NCBI GenBank assembly: GCA_965649825.1
Contig: OZ287703.1
Span: forward strand, 310,001-374,000
Length of the DNA stretch: 64,000 bases
Source of the DNA: Penicillus capitatus
Lineage: Eukaryota; Plantae; Chlorophyta
Direction: 5' to 3'
Position 1 is the stretch's first letter; each line of letters starts with the position of its first letter. Positions 48,562-59,665 of the stretch are shown piece by piece. The notes beneath the pieces are model-generated. The model was given only the letters and a program-made list of their open reading frames with translations, was not told the DNA's origin and made no database searches. Position numbers and translations under genes: made by a program.

Positions 48562-49480
48562 TCAAGTGATGCATTGTTTAAAGGTGTCGATGAATGCCTC
48601 CGCTGACGTTTCGAGAAAGGCGGCCTCGCCGAGTTCGTAAATCCCAGGTGCGGAGCGACTCTCGATGAGGTATCGCCTCTTGAGCGCCTCATCAAAGATC
48701 ACACTTTCCCAATGTCCAAAAGCTTCGTGGCCGAGGTTCTCACGAAAATCCAACTACGCGCAATCGACACACGTCACATCACAAAAGAATGAGAGTCGAT
48801 CAAGGATTTACGTGTGTCAATAGCTCAACGGCGTCGCTTTTCGAGAGCTTTCCGTCTGAAGCGAGGACCAGTCGAATCAAAATCGTCAAGACAGCTTGGA
48901 GCTCCTTCTCATTCGGTTCCATAAAGAGTGACCGCATTTCGGGCGGCAGGAGTGAGCGGATGTAGAAGATGGAAACGGGTTTTGGATTCTTGCGCTGTTT
49001 CGCGTCTTCCGTCGGGATGCGCTTCACACATTCGCGAATCTCCAATCCAAACGTCTCCGCTAGCTTCTTATTAGCTTCCTGAAGGAAGTAAGGCAGGAGT
49101 TTGGGCGTCGATGCGAGATTGGCCTCGATACGGGCCGGCTCAAATGTGCGAAGGACTTCGTCGCGTGAAATCGGCAGAGACGGCAACACTCCCTGTCTCA
49201 TAAGAAAGAAACGCACAAGCGCCTTGGTCAGACGTCCTCGTTCTGCATCGGGTAGACAGTCGAAGGTATCGTTGGGATCGAGCTCTTGCTGCACCCTCGT
49301 TGCTTCTTCGATCAAACGTTGCCTGTTCTGTTCATATGCGGCGATCCAGGGCGGCGTCGGCGTCTCCGATTCGTCTTCTGTCGACTCCATCACGATCGAT
49401 CGATCGATCGTTCGTTCGATTTCGACTGTCGTACCGTGCCCATCGTATGCATTAATATTAAGGGCGAATGACTTGGTCAT
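48562..49480 (-). CDS. NSE3: MAGE-domain SMC5/6 subunit NSE3-like
   Basis: LTKALVRFFLM..PISRDEV..QEANKKLAETFGLEIRE..FYIRSLL..LTILIRLVLASDGKL..RRYLIE..YELGEAAFLE. Start at 49480 or 49390. Confidence 0.72.
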
Positions 49481-49537
49481 TGTAGCTTCGCAATAGAAAA
49501 CGCAGCGAGATTAAACAACCGTTCTTGGATGCAAACC

Positions 49538-50948
49538 ATGTCCGGACCGCCTCTCAGAGACGGCAGTCGTTATAAGAAGGCAAGTACATAGCAACGACGA
49601 CAGACGGTTGATAGCAAGCGTGTGACGCGACGACAGGTTAAAGACATCAACTCCGGCAGCTTCGGCTTCGTCCAGTTGTCGCAGGACAGATGCACAGGCG
49701 AATACTATGCTATCAAACACATTGAACGTGGGCCCAAAGTAAAGCATATGCGTTCCGTTGAAGCTGTGCCACACCGAGCTGCTTCAATAGATTGACAAAC
49801 ATGTGCTGTATGAGATTATGAACCATCGAAACTTACTTCATCATCATGTGATTCAGTTTAAAGAGGTTTCTTCTTTATCGCAGCTTCTCCGCAGTTTCCG
49901 TCGGAGGATGGCGAATGAACGTCTTAACCATGTATGTAGGTGTACTTAACACCCCGACATTTGTGTATTGTCATGGAGTATGCTCCGGGTGGGGACATGT
50001 TGGATTTGGTTAAACGGAAGGATGGACTCAACGAGAAAGAGGCGCGTTGGTTTTTTCAGCAACTTATCGTTGGTTTAGACTACTGTCACCAAATGGGAGT
50101 GGCCAGTCGTGATATCAAACTCGAAAACACTTTGCTTGATGGCGGTCAATGGCCTCTCCTCAAAATCTGTGACTTTGGATACAGCAAAGTACGCCACGTC
50201 TTCGCCAGCATCGCATCGTTGTTTTCTGAGGTACCGCTCTCTGCAGCACGAGCAATACAATTCAAAACCGGGATCGAGAGTGGGCACGCCAGCGTACCTG
50301 GCACCAGAAGTCATCGCCACCAAACGAGGACAGACGTATGATGGCAAAGTATGCCATCGATTGTCCAACATCCAGAAGATGATGTGACTTTGTGCCGACA
50401 CTGACAGAAAGCAGACATCTGGTCCTGTGGCGTCTTCCTGTATGTCATGATCTTTGCATCGTATCCTTTTGATAACGTCGAGGAAAGAAGGCGCAATCTG
50501 CCAGATAAACTGCAACGAATGATAACTGTGAGCCAGCAATCGCCATCTATGTCTCTGCGACGGATCTTCTGTGTCATCAGAGAATTGTCGAGGCGCCGTT
50601 AACGATTCCCTCACGTCCCTCGATCTCTGCCGATTTAAAAGACCTGTTGCACAAGATCATGGTCAAAGATCCCACGCAACGCATCAGCATGAAAGGAATC
50701 ATGACGCATCGTTGGTTTCAAACGGATCTTCCAGAAGGTGCCATGGACATGAACAAAAAACTCCAAAAACAGAAGAGTGGCATACAAGTGCGATCAATCT
50801 CCACATCGAACCCATCTCTTACCGAGTCCCTTAGACGGAAGAAGACATTCATGCTATTGTGGACGCGGCCAAGATTCCTTTTATGGAAGAAGGGCTTGGA
50901 TATGATCTCATCGATAGTGAACTGGATCAGATGCGCAGATATACATGA
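49538..50948 (+). CDS. SNRK2: SNF1-related protein kinase 2 family (SnRK2)
   Basis: [112 protein letters not shown]. Confidence 0.95.
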
Positions 50949-51254
50949 ATGCACCCAGGGTCGCATTTTGATGCCGTCTCAGTCCATCAGTGTTTGTTGC
51001 TGCATTTGTTGAAACATGTTTATACTTTGTGGAGAACCCCTCCGATCTCTGTAGACAATCGGGGAGTGATTTCACGTGTCCATAAATAATCCATTTAGAC
51101 TCCACGAGATTTGATGTGTCGAGGAAACGGTCACGGCATCTGCGGAACGGAATCGGAATGAAATTTGAAACGAAGTGTCGTGCAAAATTCTGCAGTGGTA
51201 TCATAGCTGTCACATCAGATCAGATTCTGTAAAGCAGAAGACACTTCTTCGAAT

Positions 51255-52635
51255 TTAAACTGAAAACCGGCCTCTTGTGTTTTTGACGGCAAAACACGTT
51301 GGCCTTCCACCACCAACAACGCCCCTTGAATCACACATGAGGCAGAGGTCACACTTTTCAGACTGACCTTCTCCCAGTAATGTTTGTAGAGCGAACTCTG
51401 GAACAGGCATCCAGCTGGGACGGCCCATGGCTCTCCCTAAAGCGCTGCAAAAATCACCCATCCGTACAGGATTCGGTGCTGTTGCATTGTATGTCCCTGT
51501 ATCACTCTTCGCTCATACAATCTATCCATGATGTGACAGGTCACACATTACCTCGGTATTTCTCATCGTTAATGGCCGTGATGAACAGCTGCACAAGATC
51601 ATCTCGATGAATCCACGACACCCACTGTTGTCCACTGCCTAAGGGACCTCCTAGTCCAGTACACGATCCCTGGAGAAAGGGCGATGGATGTGAGTGTACC
51701 TGCGAAGATATTAAAGACGGGAACCATGCGACCCAGCACACCACCCTCTTTCGCCAAGACGAGACCTGTCCTCAGAATGACGACCCTTGTGGGAGACTGG
51801 GTCTCCTGCGCAGCAGCTTCCCATTCCTGACAGATCTCGGCCAGATAGTCCGATCCTGATGGACTCGATTCGACCATCGACGCCTTGAGACTCGTCCCAT
51901 AGTACCCTGTAAACCGATAGGGACACTGTCTCACTCTAAAAGTGTGAGATGCACCGATGGCTGAGGAATTGACCAATACGCGAGGACGTGAGGCATCGGG
52001 GCAGGCATTGATGGCTCTGGCGATGCGACGGGTCGTCTCCACTCTTGACCGTTTGATCTCGGCCTTGATGGCGGATGACCACCTATCCGGTCACAACGAC
52101 GCCTTCCGGTTAGCAGCGTGCGATTGTCAGTATACCGTGTGGCGATCGGCTCGCCAGCGAGATTGACGACGGCATCGCAGCCGCAGATCTCGCTCTCCCA
52201 GTTCAGTGAAGCGACGAACTGAATGGTGGGATAAGGCAAGATCGACTTGGCCCGTTCGACATTGCGCGTTAAGACTTTGACGCCATAGCCTTGCGAAACG
52301 AGACGTCCGACGAGACTGCTACCGACCAGCCCCGTCGCTCCTATATCACTCATCCATTTCCCAAATCGCTCTATAAAACGAAAGCGACCCGTAACGGCGA
52401 CGAGGGGCCGCTTCTCCGTGGCTTCACAGCGAATGACGGCCGAGTCTGCAGTGCTGCGCGTCTCGGCAGAAGGAATCGCGACATTCAGTGCCGTCCCCGT
52501 CAAGAACGGCGTCCGGGTTAGGCGTCCACTCGCAAAGATCCGTCGATTGTGGCGACCGGTATCTGTTGCCACTCCATAAGTCGCTTTCGTAATGTCTCGT
52601 GCGCAGAAGGCGGTGGCGATCGGCAACGTCGCCAT
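51255..52635 (-). CDS. SDR39U1/TIGR01777 (GC1/SulA-like) epimerase-family protein, plastid-targeted
   Basis: [100 protein letters not shown]. Confidence 0.92.
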
Positions 52636-52802
52636 TTTGCACGACGATGTTGGCAGATGCGACAGCTCATCGCGTTGTCGAGTAGCTAACCTTCAGCACA
52701 CACATGGACAAGTAATTCTCCTTTATCTTTCGTCTGGGTAAGGATACGTCTAGTATGTGGACGACGACATGGCGATTTTTGGGACGCAATGTGCAACCGG
52801 CG

Positions 52803-54938
52803 ATGAAGTTAGCAGACATGGCCTGTTCGCCAGTGAAACGCCCACGCGGAAAAGTGGTGCGTGCCAAAGAGCAGACCAAGGTGCGACCGACACCCGAGAT
52901 CGAAATCGATGCGGCGGTGAAAAGACTCGACGCAAAGCGTGATGTCTGGCAACGGGTGTCGTGCGAGGAACGGGCAAGTATGCTGTCGGAGTGTCTGGTG
53001 TCGATACGGGACACTGCCGCCGCCGCTTCCACGCACGCAACGGAAGCCCATGGGTGTTATGGCTCAGGGATCGGCGAAGAATAGTGAGCACAGACCATGG
53101 AACGATGATGTGACGTGTATGTGATGTTAGCTTGTTCTGGGTGGCAGTGGTGGCTGCACTGATCGAATATCGTGATGCGATGATCGCTGGCGGCCAACCT
53201 GCGCCCTATCGGACATATAGACGTCACGGCCGTCACATCATGGACGTCTTTCCTAAAGGGCATGTCATATTTCTCACACTTTCCAAAAGAGTGAGAAGTG
53301 GAAACAGAATGATGAGTGCCGTATTCGGTGATATGAGATTCGAAGTGTGGATTCAAGAAGGCAAGGAGCCAACTCAAGGTGCCGTCTACCGTGCAAAAGC
53401 ATCTCCCAGTTTCAAACCAAACGGACGCGTTGCACTTGTTCTGGGTTCGTCCGATGTAACGTTCGCAGTATGTGTGAGATGAAAGAGTGATGACCAGGTG
53501 CTGGAAACTATATTAATGTTGTCATCCTCGACATTCTCTACAAACTGTTCAATGATGACAACGTGGTGATCGTCAAAATGCATCCGGAGAATGCATTTCT
53601 GGGTGTCTATGTGGAAAGGGCATTGAAGCCATTTTTCGAAGCTGGATTTGTGCAACTGGTGTATGGAGACGTTCAAGAGGCATCCTATCTCTGTCTGCAT
53701 GATCTGGTGCACAATATCCATCTAACGGGATCGATCCGGACATTCAACAACATCGTCTTCCACACCGACTGTCCTGAAAAAGTGAGAAATGTGTGATTGG
53801 GTTCATGACAGTGAAATGGCAATTGGAATAGGGATCGAAGTCGATAACGGACAAGGAGGTGAAGGGTGAGCTGGGATGCTTCACCCCTCTGATCGTGGTT
53901 CCGGGAACATGGTCGGCCAATGAGATGGAGTACGTAGCCGAGGGGATTGTGGCAGGTTTGACGAGCAATGCATCGCACTCCTGCTGTGCTCTCGAAGTAA
54001 ACCCCAAAATCCTGACACATCAGAAACTGCCTCCTACAGTGTATCGTCACCTCTGCATCATGGCCTCAGCGATCTGAATTTCTCAAAGTGTTGGAGAAGA
54101 AACTCGATAAGAAAGAATGCCAAACAGCCTGGTATAAAGGCAGCAAAGAGAAGTACACGCTTTCTGTGCGCCATCTGGAATGTGTGCGATGGATGGGTAG
54201 GTATGAGAAATTCTTGCAGCAGTTTCCCGATGCACTCAGATGTGGCCATCGCACATACGATGATCCAAACATCTTTCCCTGGCTCCTTGCCACGGGACTC
54301 TCGCCCGATCGTGCGCACACAGACCATGAGAACTGGTGTGGTGTTCTGCAAGTCAACTGCGACCCCTGTTGTATGTATCGTATGACATCGCCGCCGTGAT
54401 CGTGATCTAGGAAATTGTGCTGCCCAGTGCCTCCCTTGATGTCGATCGCTTCTTACGAGAGGCCGTGGCGTTTTGCAATGAGCGTTGCTGGGGAACTCTC
54501 TCCTGTTCGATCTCCATCGATCCGCAGACACAACGACGACATAGTGACGCATTTGACGCAGCGATTGCCGATTTGAAGTACGGGACGATTGTCATCAACG
54601 CTCCGCCCTTCATGGGTTTTCTACCAGCCGGGACATGGGGCGCCTATCCTGGTGAGGCACCTCTCAACCGAATCCACCGTCAGGGAGATGTCTATGGCCG
54701 GCGTGTAGGCAATGTGCTGTCAGATGTCGGTTCCGGAAATTGCATGGTGCATAATACCTCACTCTATGACTATCCAGAGAAGACCGTCTGCTATGCTCCG
54801 TGGCAGCTGTATCCCGTTGCTTTTTGGACAGACATCACCCACAAGGATGCTCTCATGGATGCCTTTGTGCAGTTCTGTTTGCATCCTGGCGTGATCTCGC
54901 TGCTTCGAACCGTAGGGGCAGCTCTGCAAGCAGCATGA
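52803..54938 (+). CDS. Aldehyde dehydrogenase family protein of the bacterial-like GAGN type
   Basis: VALVLGAGNY, VVIVKMHPEN, IHLTGSIRT, ELGCFTPLIVVPG, NASHSCCA (catalytic Cys region), FCNERCWGTLSC, AIADLKYGTIVIN, WGAYPG, GSGNCMVHN. Confidence 0.85.
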
Positions 54939-55379
54939 TGTATGAAGTAAAATGCACTGCATTCATCAACAGAGGACAGGATTGTCAAAGTAAGTGAGAA
55001 CGATTCGTCTAGATTTCTGCACAAGAGCAGTTTGGGTGAACGATCCACATTGTCGGTATCATTTCTTCATGTTGTTGCCCTTCTGATTTGATCGTAAACG
55101 AGCGCGACGCAAACACTTTCCGAAATCCATCCCTCGACTTCGACAGCTGTCCTCCAGCCAGACACGAATGGAACCAGAAAATGCATCTTTGCCACAAAAA
55201 ACAGAAAAGAAACTTCAGACCGATGATCGTATTCTCGTCATTCACCGCATTGAACGTTAAGAGAGCCATGAATTGCACCAAAGGACCTAGAAGAAATGGG
55301 ATGTGACAGTAGCCTTACATACCTGATGCCGAGCTGCTGTCTTCCTTCATCTCTTGGTATCCACACACGATTCTGCATC

Positions 55380-56528
55380 TTATGCCGAAGTGGATGGCGA
55401 ACTGGAACCAGAAGAGCTCATTGAGCTGCTCTTGCTCATGCTACTCGACACGGAAGACGATGAACGACGCGACCGCTTCGATGCAGGACTCTACGACAGA
55501 CACATCTCAGGACGATCGAAATGAGATGTCACATCACGCACACGCACAGGTTCTCTGCGCCGGTAACGTGGACTGGGAGAGCGACGGCGGGCTCTGTACG
55601 GCGATCGACGTCTTCTTGGACTCGGACCACGATTTCCATAAGCATAACCTCCATTATACCTACACAATCACTCGCACGCGGCGAGGGTATCGTAGAGGGG
55701 TTACGGTCGTCGAGGTGGAGGTGTGCGGCTTCGATGACGATGGGGAGAGCGCCTTCGAGGAGGTGACCGCGAATAACGTCGCACAGGTGATCTTCGGCGA
55801 TAACGCAAGGGCGATCGACGTCTCTCTGCCTCGTATGGACGTCCTCTATGATTGCTCCGATGCGTTGGAAGTGCTTCGGGTCGTCGGACAGGGACTGGAA
55901 TCGGCGACGGTTCTTTCTTCCGCATCGCTTGAACAAACTTCACTCTAATGTATTGACACCTCACTCTTTCTCACTCTTTAGTGGAGACCACTCACTCGAC
56001 AATGTTGCCATCGATCTGCCCTCCATGCATGTGGTCCAGAGCATTGACAGCGTCATCGTGTTTTTCAAACTCCACATGGGCATATCCCTTTGACAGTTGC
56101 ACCGCGCGGTCCATGGCGATCTCGACGTTCTTGAGTGGTCCCCAGAGTGAGAAAATCGATCGCAGATGCTCTTCTGTCACATTGCGTGTCAAATGTCCCA
56201 CATGCAAACGCGTCGTCAATCTCTCACCGCCCTATCCGCATAGAAGACACTGTACACCATCGCGTGTCAAAGAACGCACTTTGGCAATGGCCTCTGTTTC
56301 GGCTTCGTTTGGCGACGCGCTCTCTTTGGATTTCTCTGCTGCGACAGCTTCAGTCTTCGCCCCTGCAACCGTCACATCTTCTTCGCTCGGACGTTCCTTT
56401 TCACTCGGGCCATGCTCTGTCTCTTTCGCTGCTGCTTCGACGTCGGTCCCTATCGTCATAGCCTTGGCGCCATTTCCCTCGTCCGCGGCGAAACAGTTAC
56501 CGTTTGCTTCGTTCTCGCCGCGTTCCAT
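55380..56528 (-). CDS. SR45: SR45/RNPS1-like splicing factor (RRM plus RS/SP-rich tail)
   Basis: RRM LHVGHLTRNVTEEHLRSIF..SKGYAHVEFE..HMHGGQIDGN, then RRSP/RSRTPPPRR repeats. TAA at 55380-55382. Confidence 0.85.
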
Positions 56529-56699
56529 TCTCGTCGTCTCTAACGCGATGCGATGCGTTGCGTCGACGTGCGTGTGTGCGTACGTATGTGCGTTCGTTCA
56601 GATTGTCGACGCCGTCGAACTGCATAACAGAAACCGACGTGACGCGAATGAGCTCTATGCATATCGAAAACGATAACCTCTACTGTGATACACGCACGG

Positions 56700-57638
56700 A
56701 TGGAGGGAAAAGGAGCGCTCGTCTGGGAGAAGCTCCTGGACGATCTCGAACGCGTTCGTCAATGCGTCGTCCTTCGTCACTCGGCTGCGAATGATAACGA
56801 GGTCATTAATGACAGGACACGATGCGGCAGCCGAGTTCCAAAACGGCAGTGGCCAAATGCAAGAAGCTCTGCGCGACACGCAGATCACCAAGTTACGCTC
56901 GAAACATGACGCGCTATTTTAAAGGCGTTGTTGAACACCACGGGCTTCGTGCTCCGCAAGTCGACGCCATTTACAAAGTAGAGCGTCGGAATGCGATGCA
57001 CCCGAGAGATGCGTTGGGGATAGGAAGTGGCGAAGGCTGTCCAGGTCGAGGAGTGGGGCCTTGAGAAGACGTTTTCGACTGGGACGGAGCTGATGGAAAG
57101 CGTTTTTCAGGAAGAGAAACGCCTGGGTATACTGTTTTGGCGGGCAAGGAGTTCGGAGCTGACGATCGATCACATCGATCGGATCGCCGAGACGATCGAT
57201 CGACACGTTTACGATTGGGCAACGTGCGATACGCTGTGCGGTGTTTTGCGATTGGCGATCGCAAACGATCCGTCATTCGTGCCGCGTCTGATCGAATGGA
57301 GCGATGCCGAAAATCTCTGGCGACGACGAGCGGCGTGTGTATCTTTTCTGAGCTTTGCACGGAAGGGTGAACACTTGGATGCGATCGAAACGATCTGCGA
57401 TCGGGCCGTCCGCATGAACGAGCGTTTTGTTCAGCTCGGTGTCGGATGGCTGCTGCGGGAAGTGGGTGTCGCCGAACAAGACCGTGCCGTCAGTTTTCTG
57501 CGATCACACTTCGAGTGGATATCCAGAGAGGGACTTCGCTACGCACTTGAAAAAATGCCGAAAAAAACTCGCGTCGAAGTGATGGATGAGCACAAAGCGC
57601 ATGCAGATCTCTCTTCCTTGCTCCCATCCCAGCCATGA
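56700..57638 (+). CDS. AlkD-like DNA alkylation repair (HEAT-like repeat glycosylase) protein
   Basis: NMTRYFKG..GLRAP, FQEEKRLGI, VYDWATCD, WSDAENLWRRRAACV, ERFVQLGVGWLLRE, SREGLRYALEK. Start at 56700 or 56822. Confidence 0.85.
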
Positions 57639-58028
57639 TGGGGCAGCAAAAAAGACGACAGACAATGATCTACACCGTTTTTCAAACGAAGAATACGTCA
57701 TCATAGTTTTTCGCTTCTGTCATGGACGAAGAAAGACTTTGCAAAGGAATACATCGAGTCTTAACTGCATAGTGTTTCCCACCTCGCGTTGTTACGCGGC
57801 TTACGCCTCACTGACATGTTTAAAGTGCAACGCATCAACTTCTATAGCACACCACCGAACTGATAGGTAACACCCTACGACAAGGGTCAAACAATTTTGA
57901 GCTCTCTTAAGGCAGATGAAGACATTTATGCTTCCAGTGCAGAAGTTACTCGATGTGTCGCATGTCTTGAGATCATGGAAAACTAACGATTAACGACCTC
58001 TGATTTCTGATACAGATGTACAGAGACC

Positions 58029-58929
58029 TTAAGCGCAATCGATCTGATGTTCCAACCATCTGTCTTCTTGTTTTCGGACGTTGATCGTCTTGGATAAACT
58101 CGTCGATAAAGCTTGCAGGCTTCCTTTCAGTTCATCCACAGAAGAGTTCTTGGTTAACCCGTCCTGATGTAGAGGGTACTGTTTCTGATCGTGCAGTTCC
58201 ACGATTTCTCGTTTTGCTTTTTTTGTGTTGTGCAATTCAACGAGATCGGTCAACGGAGAGGCGCTGCGTTCAGTGCCATGTTTATCTGCTTTACGATGGA
58301 ATCCAGATCAGCCGCCGCTTCGTCCAGAAGATTGACACTTTCCATTTCGAATACTAACTCAGATCACTCCTATATGTGCGATCGAGGATTTGATCTAATC
58401 TCTAGAGAGGAAGACACAAACGCGACTTGTGTTCCGATGTCAACGACTCCCATTCACCACGGTAGAGTTGCGACCATACAACATAGCGAATCGAGCGAAA
58501 GTCAGAGAACCGATTAAATTGTCGTTACATAACAAATGTTGATGACAAGACTCGATAAGACGTTCGGAAACTTCCGCTTCTCTTTCGAATGGCTGTCTGG
58601 GAAAGGGTTCTCATGAAGAGACACTTTCTTCAGAAATTCTGCGTTCCGAAGAACGCAGCGCGGCTTTAGATATGGTTTTGATCGTGAGTCGCACCTCAGC
58701 TTAGCCTCATTGGTTGCGAAACTGCCCCAAGCGAAAGGACGACAATGTGACCAGATAGACTAAATAGGATAATGACAAAACTTCCGCTTCTGTTTTGTCG
58801 GGTTGGGAGTGTGGCGCAGAGCGCCTTCAAAAATTGTGAATACGGCTTTGTCAGTGACGAAGCTCGGTATTCGTTAGTACTGTAACGCAAAGCGCCTTTG
58901 AAGAAAGTTAATGCGGCTTCCATTTTCAT
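58029..58929 (-). pseudogene. Frameshifted coding relic, possibly a gag/ORF1 of a decayed retroelement
   Basis: AALTFFKGALRY..KPYSQFLKALCATL loosely resembles retrotransposon gag helices. A downstream helical fragment MESVNLLDEAAADLDSIVKQIN/LTDLVELHNTKKAKREIVEL spans a frameshift. Confidence 0.25.
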
Positions 58930-58930
58930 C

Positions 58931-59120
58931 TAGCTCGACGCAGGCGGCCGTTCACCGTGCGGAGCGCCGCTATCGAGCTGCCGATGGGCGAGGCATGCTC
59001 GACACACGCGGTTGATGGCCGTGCGGAGCGCCGCTCGATAACTGCCGATGGGCGAGGCCAGCTCAACGCCGGTGGCCAGTCGCCGTGCGGAGCGCTGCTC
59101 GATAGAGCCGACGCTACATG
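58931..59120. repeat. GC-rich imperfect triple direct repeat, 64-bp period
   Basis: Core ccgtgcggagcgc(c/t)gct at 58955, 59019 and 59083. ctgccgatgggcgaggc follows copies 1 and 2. Confidence 0.9.
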
Positions 59121-59328
59121 CATACACTCAGAGAGGGTGGGGTACTGTGCTTACTTTGATTCGGCGATAGTCGACAATTCCTCTGGTGAAACCTCAGAAA
59201 CCTTCTTCGAGAGGAACAACGGAAGGAAAGAAATTACAGACGCTTCGAAACACGCGTTAAATAGTTCTGTGTTGTAGTAGATGCGTCTGATCCGAAGACG
59301 GATGGCCCAGCGGATGGCTCGAGATCCG

Positions 59329-59543
59329 ACGGATGGCGCTGATCGGAGGACGGATGGCGCTGATCGGAGGACGGATGGCGCTGATCGGAGGACGGATGGC
59401 GCTGATCGGAGGACGGATGGCGCTGATCGGAGGACGGATGGCGCTGATCGGAGGACGGATGGCGCTGATCGGAGGACGGATGGCGCTGATCGGAGGACGG
59501 ATGGCGCTGATCGGAGGACGGATGGCGCTGATCGGAGGACGGA
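59329..59543. repeat. Perfect minisatellite, 10 x 21 bp (acggatggcgctgatcggagg), plus a partial copy
   Basis: Ten identical units at 59329-59538. Degenerate precursor-like copies at 59281-59328. Confidence 0.97.
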
Positions 59544-59665
59544 ACAAAAGGAATTTTAGAGGATCCGCCCACGTCTAGCGCGCCCTTAGAACACGACGAA
59601 AGAGGGAAAACACTTTTGCTCATGCGTTTAAAATCCAATCAGTAATGTAAACAAACGGCTTTGTC

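Noticed and set aside
50090-50130. SRD instead of HRD in the SnRK2 catalytic loop, and DVG instead of DFG in the TKL kinase, as signs of pseudokinases
   Set aside because: The catalytic Asp, Lys and Asn are retained, and similar variants are, to my knowledge, common in chlorophyte kinases.
59329-59543. CRISPR array interpretation of the 21-bp, 42-bp and 64-bp repeats
   Set aside because: The 21-mers have no spacers, the others have only three copies with short or related linkers, there are no cas genes, and the context is eukaryotic.
58921-59590. Helitron or MITE boundaries around the repeat cluster (CTAG motifs at both ends)
   Set aside because: No A/T insertion context, no convincing subterminal hairpin, TIR or target-site duplication.
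59234-59638. Repeat-peptide ORFs (PSSDQRH)n, (IRPPISA)n and (ALIGGRM)n as genes
   Set aside because: A stop-free 21-bp unit automatically opens several frames. There is no independent coding evidence, so these were not annotated as CDS.
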